Shown piece after piece: positions 28,482 to 35,818 of a stretch of 44,951 nt of DNA. The notes under the pieces are model-generated. The model saw only the letters and a program-made list of their open reading frames with translations, made no database searches and was not told the DNA's origin. Every line of letters starts with the position of its first letter. The first letter of the stretch is position 1. This DNA is from an uncultured Rickettsiales bacterium (GTDB taxonomy: Bacteria; Myxococcota_A; UBA796; UBA9615), in contig CAZBKF010000006.1 of NCBI GenBank assembly GCA_964492355.1, forward strand, positions 1 through 44,951, written 5' to 3'. The translations under genes and the position numbers were made by a program.

Positions 28482-29906
28482 TCAAAGGGGGGAGAGCCCG
28501 AGGGCCTCTCCCATGCGCCGGATCTTCGCGATGCCCGCGTCCAGGACCGACCAGTCGTCGTCCTCGGCGATGGGCGCCCAGAGGGCCTCCATCTCGTCGA
28601 TCAGCATGGTGGTGGGCGCGTCGTCGGCGAAGTACGGATGAGCCAGCCGGTCCCCCGCGGCGCAGGGATGGGCGAACAGCGCGTCCCGAAACGCGGCGAA
28701 CTCCGGCCCGTCGTATGCGCTGGCGAAGGCGCCGCCCTGCGCTCGCTGTCGGCTCGCCTCACCCCCGAACCAATCGAAGAACACGCGCTCGTACGGGATC
28801 TGGCTGCTGCCGAGGAACGCGAAGCAGGACGCGAGCAGGCGCTGGTCCCCCCCGTCGGTCGTGGAGCCCACGCCCAGGCGGGCCAGCAGCTGGGCCCTGG
28901 AGTGCCGGGCCAGGCGCTCTTCGTAGCGCTTCAGCACCGTCTCCAGCGTCGGCTGGCTGCTGATCGAGACCAGGGCATCAGCGAGGCGGCACAGGTTCCA
29001 GAGCACCGCATCGCCCTGGCGACCGAAGGCGTAGAGCCCGCCGTGATCGAAGTAGGCCGCGGTGAACGCGGGATCGTAGGTCGGCAGGAAGCGCCAGGGG
29101 CCGTAATCGAACGACTCGCCGGTGACGTTCATGTTGTCCGTGTTCAAGACCCCGTGCACGAACCCAGCCATCGTCCACTGGGCCACGAGCCGGGCCGAGC
29201 GGTCGACCACGACGTCCAGGAAGCGCTCCGGCAGGTCCGCCTCGTCCCCCTCGGCGAGCTCCGGGAACCAGCTGTCCACGACGAAGTGCAGCAGGGCGCG
29301 CAGCCTCTTGGGGCTCCGCTCCCAGGCGTGTCGCTGGAAGGTGCCGAACCGCACGTGGGACCAGGACAGCCGCACCATCACCGCCGAGCGGGTCGGCGAC
29401 GGCTCGTCGTGACGCACGAGGGACTCCCCCGTCTCTACGACGGACAGGGTCCGCGACGTGCTCACCCCCAGGGCCTGGAGCATCTCGGTGGCCAGGATCT
29501 CGCGCACCGCGCCCTTGAGCGTGAGCCGACCGTCCCCACCCCGGGAGTAGGGCGTCGTGCCGCTGCCCTTGGTGCCCAGGTCCATGACCCGACCGCGATC
29601 GTCGAGCACCTGGGCGAGCAGGAAGCCCCGACCGTCCCCCAGCCAGGGGTTGTAGGTCTGGAACTGGTGGCCGTGGTAGCGCAGGGCCAGGGGCTCGGAG
29701 ATGTTCCGGGGCAGCGGCGCCAGGGCACCGAAGTGCTCCAGCCACTCGCGATCGTCCAGCGAGTCGAGGCCGATCTCGGCGGCCGCCTGGTGGTTCCGGT
29801 ACCGCAGCTGGTGCCGAGGAAAGGTCGCTGCGCTGACCACATCCGAGAAGTGCGGCTGGAGCGAGGGCCACACCGGGGCGGGGCGATAGCCTGGACCAGG
29901 GGGCAT
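28482..29906 (-). CDS. selO: Protein adenylyltransferase SelO (YdiU/UPF0061 pseudokinase-fold AMPylase)
   Basis: LALRYHGHQFQTYNPWLGDGRGFLL, LGTKGSGTTPYSRGGDGR, RSAVMVRLSWSHVRFGTF and HGVLNTDNMNVTGESFDYGPWRF. The ATG at 29906 shares one base with the stop of the GMC gene (TGATG). The 893-aa ORF-track version is a read-through artefact. Confidence 0.92.
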   Translation of the reverse strand: MPPGPGYRPAPVWPSLQPHFSDVVSAATFPRHQLRYRNHQAAAEIGLDSLDDREWLEHFGALAPLPRNISEPLALRYHGHQFQTYNPWLGDGRGFLLAQVLDDRGRVMDLGTKGSGTTPYSRGGDGRLTLKGAVREILATEMLQALGVSTSRTLSVVETGESLVRHDEPSPTRSAVMVRLSWSHVRFGTFQRHAWERSPKRLRALLHFVVDSWFPELAEGDEADLPERFLDVVVDRSARLVAQWTMAGFVHGVLNTDNMNVTGESFDYGPWRFLPTYDPAFTAAYFDHGGLYAFGRQGDAVLWNLCRLADALVSISSQPTLETVLKRYEERLARHSRAQLLARLGVGSTTDGGDQRLLASCFAFLGSSQIPYERVFFDWFGGEASRQRAQGGAFASAYDGPEFAAFRDALFAHPCAAGDRLAHPYFADDAPTTMLIDEMEALWAPIAEDDDWSVLDAGIAKIRRMGEALGLSPL

Positions 29907-31534
29907 CAGGGGGTCGCCGGAATCGCTGGCTCGGGGAGCTTGAGTCCGCAGGGCGTGCCCGCCTGGGGGACCGAGAACAGCTCTCCCCCCAACCACAGAG
30001 GCTTCGGGCTCGCTCCGAGCTTGGTAGCGAGGCGCTCGGCGAGCACCCGGGCGGTGGTCATCACGCTGATCTGCGGATTGCGGCCGACGTTCAGGGGCAG
30101 CGAGCTCGCGTCGATCACGTGGATCCCCTTCGCACCGATCACCTCGCCATCGAGGCCACAGGCCCGGCCCACGCTGCAGCTCGCCTGGGGATGGGAGCTG
30201 TAGCCGATCAGCCGTCCCATGGGCACGTCCTTCAGCACGTCCACCGCCTCGGCGACGGTGTGGCAGGCCGGTGCGCCGTACACGTTCAGGGTGACGCACG
30301 TCGCGCCGGCTCCCTCGAGCCACAGCTCGGCAGCCCGGGTCATGCCGAGGATGGCGCGCTGACGGTCGACCTCGCCGATGTCGTAGTGGATCTTCACGCC
30401 GGCGCCGCCGGGGTTCCCGACGACGCGGCCGGGGTTCTCGTCCCGGATCATCACCCCCGTCGATCCCCAGTTGGAGCCCCGGGACAGGTACTCCCAGGCC
30501 TCCTTGCCCCACCAGGGCATGGCTGGGAAGAGGGCGCCGGGGATGGTCGGGTTGCTCTCGAAGAGCATGCGGTCGTCGCCGAACTCGTCGATGTAGTGGC
30601 CCTGGGAGCTGCCCGGGGCGGCCACCACCAGGTCCCTGAAGTAGGCACAGACCGAGAACACCGGGTGCACGAGCAGCCCGGCTCCGACCTCTCCGCCATC
30701 GGCCACGGCGCCGGAGTCCAGGAGCAGACGAGGGGACGAGATCGCGCCGGCGCTCAGCACGACGGCCTTGCTGGCGTTCACGACAAAGTTGCCTCGCTCG
30801 GACCGATCCCGGCCGACGACGACTCCCTGGATCTTGCCCGACTCCACGTGCCGGACCGAAGCGCCGGTGATCACCCGGCAGCCCGCCCGAGCCGCCCGGG
30901 GCAACACCGCCACGTCCACGCTGGCCTTGCCGTGCACGGGGCAACCGTTGTTGCAGCGCCCGCAGCCGGCGCAGCGCGGAGTGTTCCGCCGGAAGTTGTG
31001 GTTGGACCAGCCCAGCCCGTTGGCCGCCTCCCGGTGCACCCGGCAGTAGCCGGAGAGCAGGCGATCCGGGGTCACGCCCACCTGGACCATCGCCTCTACG
31101 GCGTCCATCGTCCGGTAGTAGTGTTCGGTGTCGGCGAAGGCCCCGCCGCTCACGTCGTTCCACTCGGCGAGCACGCTCTCGGGGGTGCGGAAGCTGATGG
31201 CGGAGTTGACGACGGTTCCGCCGCCCAGGGCCTTGCCGCTGGCCACGGGGATCGGGGGGCGACCCACCGCCGTGCGCAGACCGCCCTCCTGGAACAGGTG
31301 CTCCACCGTGTCGGACACGTCGGGCGAGAACGTCGCGTTGGGGTGGTGAAAGCCCTCCTCGACGACGATCACGTCCAGCCCCGCCTCGGCCAGCGTCAGG
31401 GCCGCGAACGCCCCTCCCGGGCCCGAGCCGACCACGACCACGTCACAGGATTCCTCGAAGGCCGCGGTGCGCTCGCCCCACCATCCGGCGGCCGGCGCGA
31501 CGACCGTCTGCACGACCTCGAGGGGGCCGCTCAC
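29906..31534 (-). CDS. GMC-family FAD oxidoreductase (gluconate 2-dehydrogenase flavoprotein-like)
   Basis: VVVVGSGPGGAFAAL dinucleotide fold, a CAGCGRCNNGCP motif, and the C-terminal GMC block HPQASCSVG...VIDASSLP. The GTG at 31534 overlaps the stop of the small-subunit gene (GTGA). Confidence 0.88.
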   Translation of the reverse strand: MSGPLEVVQTVVAPAAGWWGERTAAFEESCDVVVVGSGPGGAFAALTLAEAGLDVIVVEEGFHHPNATFSPDVSDTVEHLFQEGGLRTAVGRPPIPVASGKALGGGTVVNSAISFRTPESVLAEWNDVSGGAFADTEHYYRTMDAVEAMVQVGVTPDRLLSGYCRVHREAANGLGWSNHNFRRNTPRCAGCGRCNNGCPVHGKASVDVAVLPRAARAGCRVITGASVRHVESGKIQGVVVGRDRSERGNFVVNASKAVVLSAGAISSPRLLLDSGAVADGGEVGAGLLVHPVFSVCAYFRDLVVAAPGSSQGHYIDEFGDDRMLFESNPTIPGALFPAMPWWGKEAWEYLSRGSNWGSTGVMIRDENPGRVVGNPGGAGVKIHYDIGEVDRQRAILGMTRAAELWLEGAGATCVTLNVYGAPACHTVAEAVDVLKDVPMGRLIGYSSHPQASCSVGRACGLDGEVIGAKGIHVIDASSLPLNVGRNPQISVMTTARVLAERLATKLGASPKPLWLGGELFSVPQAGTPCGLKLPEPAIPATP

Positions 31535-32109
31535 GAGGGCCTCCCGCAGGGCACCGCGAAGCCCATGGTGGCGAGCACGTCCGGGCGCTCGAAGTAGGTC
31601 ATGCCGTAGAACATCTTGAGCGCCGTCCAGAGCTGGGACTTCACGATGAGCTTCGCGTCCGCCCAGGACTCCAGGTAGCGCTCGCAGCGACCGTCCGGCA
31701 GGCGCGTCATGCAACGGGCCCCGAACCGATCGAGGGTCGTGCCGTGCTCGAACGCCAGGGGCAGACCCCGGCTGAGCAGGCGCTTGTGGTCGGGCATGCC
31801 GGCATAGAACTCGTCCATGCGGCGCAGCGTCTCGTCGTCGCCGCCGCTGCCCGGCAAGGGGCCGCCGGGAGGCAGCAGGAAGTCGCCCAGGCGACGGAAG
31901 ATGGCCACCTCCTTGGGGCTCAGGATCTTCAGCCCCGTCAGCTCCGGCGAAGGCTCGGGGTAGCTGCCCACCTGCCGCAAGCCGGCGTAGGCCGCGGCGA
32001 GCACCCCGGTGGCGGCGACCCCGACCACGAGGACGGCCCGACGGGAGAGGACGAGAGCAGGCTCGGCGCCGGGCGCCGGCGAGGGAGGAGGCGAGGCGGG
32101 TTCGGTCAC
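31531..32109 (-). CDS. Gluconate 2-dehydrogenase subunit-3-like small subunit with a twin-arginine (TAT) signal
   Basis: SRRAVLVVGVAATGVLAAA TAT-type signal and a size of about 190 aa. It sits immediately upstream of a GMC flavoprotein, as in three-subunit membrane dehydrogenases. GTG start at 32109, with no obvious SD. Confidence 0.7.
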   Translation of the reverse strand: MTEPASPPPSPAPGAEPALVLSRRAVLVVGVAATGVLAAAYAGLRQVGSYPEPSPELTGLKILSPKEVAIFRRLGDFLLPPGGPLPGSGGDDETLRRMDEFYAGMPDHKRLLSRGLPLAFEHGTTLDRFGARCMTRLPDGRCERYLESWADAKLIVKSQLWTALKMFYGMTYFERPDVLATMGFAVPCGRPS

Positions 32110-32171
32110 GGCGACGAGAGGTTAGTCCACTGGCGCCCGGATCACGATTGCCGGTTTCCGAGTATTGGCTG

Positions 32172-32218
32172 TTGCCCTCACTGTGCTTGCTGTGTATATA
32201 CTTATGCACAGTGAGCAA
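32172..32218. promoter_or_regulatory. Operator/promoter: a 10-bp perfect inverted repeat flanking an AT-rich -10 region, in the divergent gap between the GMC/SelO operon and the GntR-ABC operon
   Basis: CTCACTGTGC (32177-32186) and GCACAGTGAG (32206-32215) are separated by 19 bp. The spacer holds the palindrome GTATATAC (32194-32201). Promoter-like elements: TTGCCC (32172-32177), 17 nt, TATATA (32195-32200), or alternatively TATACT (32197-32202). The right arm covers the GTG start of the GntR gene. Confidence 0.5.
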
Positions 32219-32591
32219 CCCTCTCCCCATCCAGCTCTCCGATGCGTCCGGGGTGCCCTACTACCGGCAGATCGTCGACCAGATCGCCGGTCTGGTCCGA
32301 TCCGGGGCCCTGCCCGTGTCCACACCGCTCCCGTCCGTGCGCCGCCTCGGCGTGGAACTGAAGGTGTCCCTGATCACCACCCGCCGCGCCTATGCGGACC
32401 TGGAGGCGGCCGGCCTGGTCGTGCGCCGGCAGGGGCGCGGCACGTTCGTAGCGGAGCAGGCGGACGGCTCCGAGTGGGCCGCGGAGCGGGGCCAGGAGCT
32501 GCTGGGGGCGGCGATCACCCGGTGCCGGGAGCTCGGCCTGGAAGAGAGCGCGATCCGCGCCGCCATCGACACCTTGTTGGAGACCCCATGA
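32211..32591 (+). CDS. GntR-family transcriptional regulator, short YtrA-like subtype
   Basis: Winged-HTH LPSVRRLGVELKVSLITTRRAYADLEAAGLVVRRQGRGTFV and a short (about 55 aa) C-terminal region. It is followed by an ABC ATPase with an ATGA overlap. The GTG at 32211 was chosen because the upstream ORF-track residues are AT-rich promoter DNA. Confidence 0.8.
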   Translation: MSNPLPIQLSDASGVPYYRQIVDQIAGLVRSGALPVSTPLPSVRRLGVELKVSLITTRRAYADLEAAGLVVRRQGRGTFVAEQADGSEWAAERGQELLGAAITRCRELGLEESAIRAAIDTLLETP

Positions 32592-33283
32592 TCATCGAAA
32601 TCAAGGACCTGATCGTCCGCCGCGGTCGCTTCGAGCTGGCGGTGCCCTCCCTGCAGGTTCGCCCCGGCGAGGTGGTGGGCGTGGTGGGTCCCAACGGGGC
32701 CGGCAAGACGACCCTGCTGCAGATCCTCGCGGGGCTGCTGCGACGCAGGTCGGGCAGCGTGTCGGTCATGGGCCACGATCCGGGCCGGTCGCCAGTGGCG
32801 GTGCGCTCGGTGACGGGGTTCGCGGCGCCGGACACCCCGGTCTTCGACGTGCGGATCAGCGAGCTGATCGGGATCGTGGCCGGCTACTACCCGACCTGGG
32901 ATCGCGGGCTCTCGGGCACCCTGCTCGAGCGCTTCGAGCTCGACCCCCACAAGCGCACGAGCCAGCTCTCCCTGGGGCAGGGCACCCGCCTGCGACTGCT
33001 GCTGGCGATGGCGTTCCGACCGAAGCTGCTGCTGCTCGACGAGCCCGCATCGGGCCTCGACCTCTCGGCCCGGCGGCACCTCATGGAGATGGTGTTGGAG
33101 TTCGTGGAGGGGGGCGACACCGCGATCCTCCTGTCGTCCCACCGCCTGGGCGACGTGGAGCGCCTGAGCGAGCGGTTGCTGGTTCTCGACGACGGTCGGG
33201 TGGTGCGGGACGGCACGACGGACATGCTCGTGGGCGACGATCGGACCCTGGAAGAGGCGCTGCTGGAATGGGGCGCGGCGTGA
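32588..33283 (+). CDS. ABC transporter ATP-binding protein
   Basis: Walker A GPNGAGKTT, signature LSLGQGTRL, Walker B LLLLDEPASGLD, and an H-loop SSHRL. Confidence 0.9.
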   Translation: MIIEIKDLIVRRGRFELAVPSLQVRPGEVVGVVGPNGAGKTTLLQILAGLLRRRSGSVSVMGHDPGRSPVAVRSVTGFAAPDTPVFDVRISELIGIVAGYYPTWDRGLSGTLLERFELDPHKRTSQLSLGQGTRLRLLLAMAFRPKLLLLDEPASGLDLSARRHLMEMVLEFVEGGDTAILLSSHRLGDVERLSERLLVLDDGRVVRDGTTDMLVGDDRTLEEALLEWGAA

Positions 33284-34671
33284 ACGCCCTCGGGTCCTGG
33301 CTCCACCACGTCCGGGTGTTTGCGGAGTGGGCGCTCCGTCGGCCCCTCGCCACCCTCGGGGCCGCCGTGCTGGTCGCCTGCGGCCCCTTCTCGCTGGGGG
33401 TCCTCGACAAGCTGTCGTCGACCGACTTCGCGGTCGGGCTGCTGGTCGTGATGCCCGCCGGAGTGGGGGTCTTCGGCGTCATCTGCCGCTCCCTGGCAGG
33501 CCCCGACCGGGGAGGATCGGTCGGGGCGCACGTGGGCTGTCACGAGGCGTTGCCGCTGCATCCCTACGCTCGGAGCTGGGCCGAAGTCGCCGGTTCGCTC
33601 GCCGTGTGGACTCCCTGCGTCGTCGGGGTGGTGCTCCTGGGAGCGGCCCTCCCGGAGCCTGAGGGCCTGAGGCTGATCGGAGTGCTCGGCGCGCTGTGCG
33701 AGTTCGGTCGACCCCATCTCCTGAGCGGGATCATCCTGTTGATCCCTGGCCTCGTAGTGGGTCGACGAACCACCACCATGGGGGAGCCAGCGGCCCTGGG
33801 GCCGCTCGTCATCGCGGCCCTGGCCACGCTGCCCACCTTCGCCGCGGTGACGGTCTCGGTCCCCCTGGGGCTCGGCGTCGCGCTCGCGGCGGGCTTCGCG
33901 GCGGATCGCCTGGTGCCGGTCGCCGAGGACCTGGTCCACAGGCTGCAAGACAGCGGCGTCCTGGGCGCCGACATCGCCTCGTCCCCCGGGCGATGGCACG
34001 AGAGCGCTGCGCGCCTGGGTCTCGCCTCGGTGCGCCAGGCGCTGCCGACGGCCCTCGGCACCGGGGCCGTGGTGGCTCTCCTCGGCGCGTTCTTCGACGA
34101 CGGCGACCTCTCGAGCGCCTGGCTCTTCGCCGGCTTCGTGATCCTGCTGGCTCCGGTGTTTGCCCCCGTGGCCCTGGACGGCCGCACGACCTCTTCGAAA
34201 GGGAAGCTCGGACCGTTCGCGGGCGACTTCCGGCGCGCCTGGGAGCTGCTCCCGGTGGAGCCCGTCACCGTGCGACGCGCAGCGCTGCGCCAGGTCGGGA
34301 TCGGCACCGCAGCATCCCTGCTGGTGGGTGCGGCCGTCGTCGGGGGGGGCCTGGGCGTCCTCGAGCCTTCGGTGCGCGCGGCCACGGAGTTCCTCGTTGG
34401 GGGCGTCGCCGCCGCTCCGCTTCTCACCGCGGCCTGGGGGGGGGACGACGGTCACCCCACGGCCGCGACGGCCATCGGCGCGCTGCTCTTCGGCAGCCTG
34501 TACCTGGGGCTCGTCGGCATCAGGGCCTTCGAGGCGAGCCACGACCTGGTCAGCGTCGCCGTCAGCATCAGCCTGCTCGGCTCGGTCTGGCTCGTACGCT
34601 CGATGCTCCTCCCCTGCCCCGACGAGGTGCGGGCGCTGCCCTACCCTGCGCCCCATGGCCGAGAACCCTGA
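33268..34671 (+). CDS. Polytopic membrane protein, the presumed permease partner of the ABC ATPase. I recognise no family signature.
   Basis: About 10-12 hydrophobic helices. It overlaps the ATPase 3' end (ATG 33268, or GTG 33280 in a GTGA overlap). It also overlaps the next gene by 17 nt. Confidence 0.7.
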   Translation: MGRGVNALGSWLHHVRVFAEWALRRPLATLGAAVLVACGPFSLGVLDKLSSTDFAVGLLVVMPAGVGVFGVICRSLAGPDRGGSVGAHVGCHEALPLHPYARSWAEVAGSLAVWTPCVVGVVLLGAALPEPEGLRLIGVLGALCEFGRPHLLSGIILLIPGLVVGRRTTTMGEPAALGPLVIAALATLPTFAAVTVSVPLGLGVALAAGFAADRLVPVAEDLVHRLQDSGVLGADIASSPGRWHESAARLGLASVRQALPTALGTGAVVALLGAFFDDGDLSSAWLFAGFVILLAPVFAPVALDGRTTSSKGKLGPFAGDFRRAWELLPVEPVTVRRAALRQVGIGTAASLLVGAAVVGGGLGVLEPSVRAATEFLVGGVAAAPLLTAAWGGDDGHPTAATAIGALLFGSLYLGLVGIRAFEASHDLVSVAVSISLLGSVWLVRSMLLPCPDEVRALPYPAPHGREP

Positions 34672-35815
34672 CGCCTTCAAGCACGCGTACGACGAGGATG
34701 CCGTTCGGCGCATCGCCTCCCGGATCGCGGACAAGGTGCCCGTCTTCGATGCCGACGGGTTCCTCGCCGCCACGCTCCCCCAGATCCTCGAGCTGGAGTT
34801 GAAGGCCCGGGTGGAGCTGCTCGCTCGGGCGCTGCACGCGCACATCCCCCTGCCCTTCCCCGAGGCCGTCTCGGCCTTGATCCCGACTCTGGGCCCGCCC
34901 GGGGCCGCCGCGGGCAAGAACGAGACCCTGGCGGGTAAGCCTCCGACCGACGGGCTGACCGGCTTCGGAGTCTGGCCCCTGACCCGCTTCGTCGCCCTGC
35001 ACGGGCTCGAGCACCCCGAGGCCGCCGTCGGGGCGCTGCAGGAGATGACGCGCCGCTTCACCGCGGAGTTCGCGCTGCGCCCCTACCTGCTCGAGCACCG
35101 TGAGTTCACGCTCACGGTCCTTCGTCAGTGGGTGAAGTCACCGGATCAGCAGCTGCGGCGGGCCGCGTCGGAGGCCACCCGCCCCCGCCTCCCCTGGGGG
35201 ATCCGGCTCAAGCCCTTCGTGGCCGATCCGGAGCCCGTCATCGACCTCATCACGCCGCTGCGGGCGGATCCCGAGGACTACGTGCAGCGCTCGGTCGGCA
35301 ACAACCTGAACGACATCGGCAAGGACCACCCCGAGCGCCTGCTGCAGGTGGCCGAGGCCTGGAGCGCCGAGCCCCACGGTCCCGCCACGGACAAGATCCT
35401 GCGCCGGGCCCTGCGCTCGCTGGTCAAGGCCGGAGTGCCCGACGCCCTGCGCCTGATGGGCTTCACGGTGCCCGCCAACGTGGCGGTCCAGGACGCCCGG
35501 CTCAGTCTGTCCACCCTGGTGCTGGGGCAGACCCAGGAGCTGAGCTTCACCCTGGTGAGCCTGGATACGCGCCCCCAGACGCTGCTCCTGGACTACGTGC
35601 TGCACCTGGTGCGGGCCCGAGGCAAGACGGGGGAGAAGGTCTTCAAGGGCAGGCCCCTGACCCTGGCCCCGGGCGAGCGGCGAGCGATGACCTTCCGGTT
35701 GCCCCTGCGAGCGGTCACGACCCGCCGCTACTACCCGGGTGAGCACCGCCTGCAGATCCAGGTCTGCGGGGATCGGGGAGTCGCCCTGCCCTTCGCCCTG
35801 CAGATCCCTGGCTGA
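34655..35815 (+). CDS. DNA alkylation repair protein family (HEAT-like repeat; AlkD/AlkC-related, COG4335-type)
   Basis: All-helical repeats, with VQRSVGNNLNDIGKDHPERLL matching the conserved SV.N.LNDI.KD block of this family. ATG at 34655 lies inside the permease 3' end. Confidence 0.78.
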   Translation: MAENPDAFKHAYDEDAVRRIASRIADKVPVFDADGFLAATLPQILELELKARVELLARALHAHIPLPFPEAVSALIPTLGPPGAAAGKNETLAGKPPTDGLTGFGVWPLTRFVALHGLEHPEAAVGALQEMTRRFTAEFALRPYLLEHREFTLTVLRQWVKSPDQQLRRAASEATRPRLPWGIRLKPFVADPEPVIDLITPLRADPEDYVQRSVGNNLNDIGKDHPERLLQVAEAWSAEPHGPATDKILRRALRSLVKAGVPDALRLMGFTVPANVAVQDARLSLSTLVLGQTQELSFTLVSLDTRPQTLLLDYVLHLVRARGKTGEKVFKGRPLTLAPGERRAMTFRLPLRAVTTRRYYPGEHRLQIQVCGDRGVALPFALQIPG

Positions 35816-35818
35816 CCG

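Noticed and set aside
28482-31163. An 893-aa ORF-track version of the SelO gene.
   Set aside because: The N-terminal 419 aa are R/G/P-rich and overlap the GMC oxidoreductase in another frame. SelO homology starts at MPPGPGYRP (ATG at 29906), which overlaps the GMC stop.
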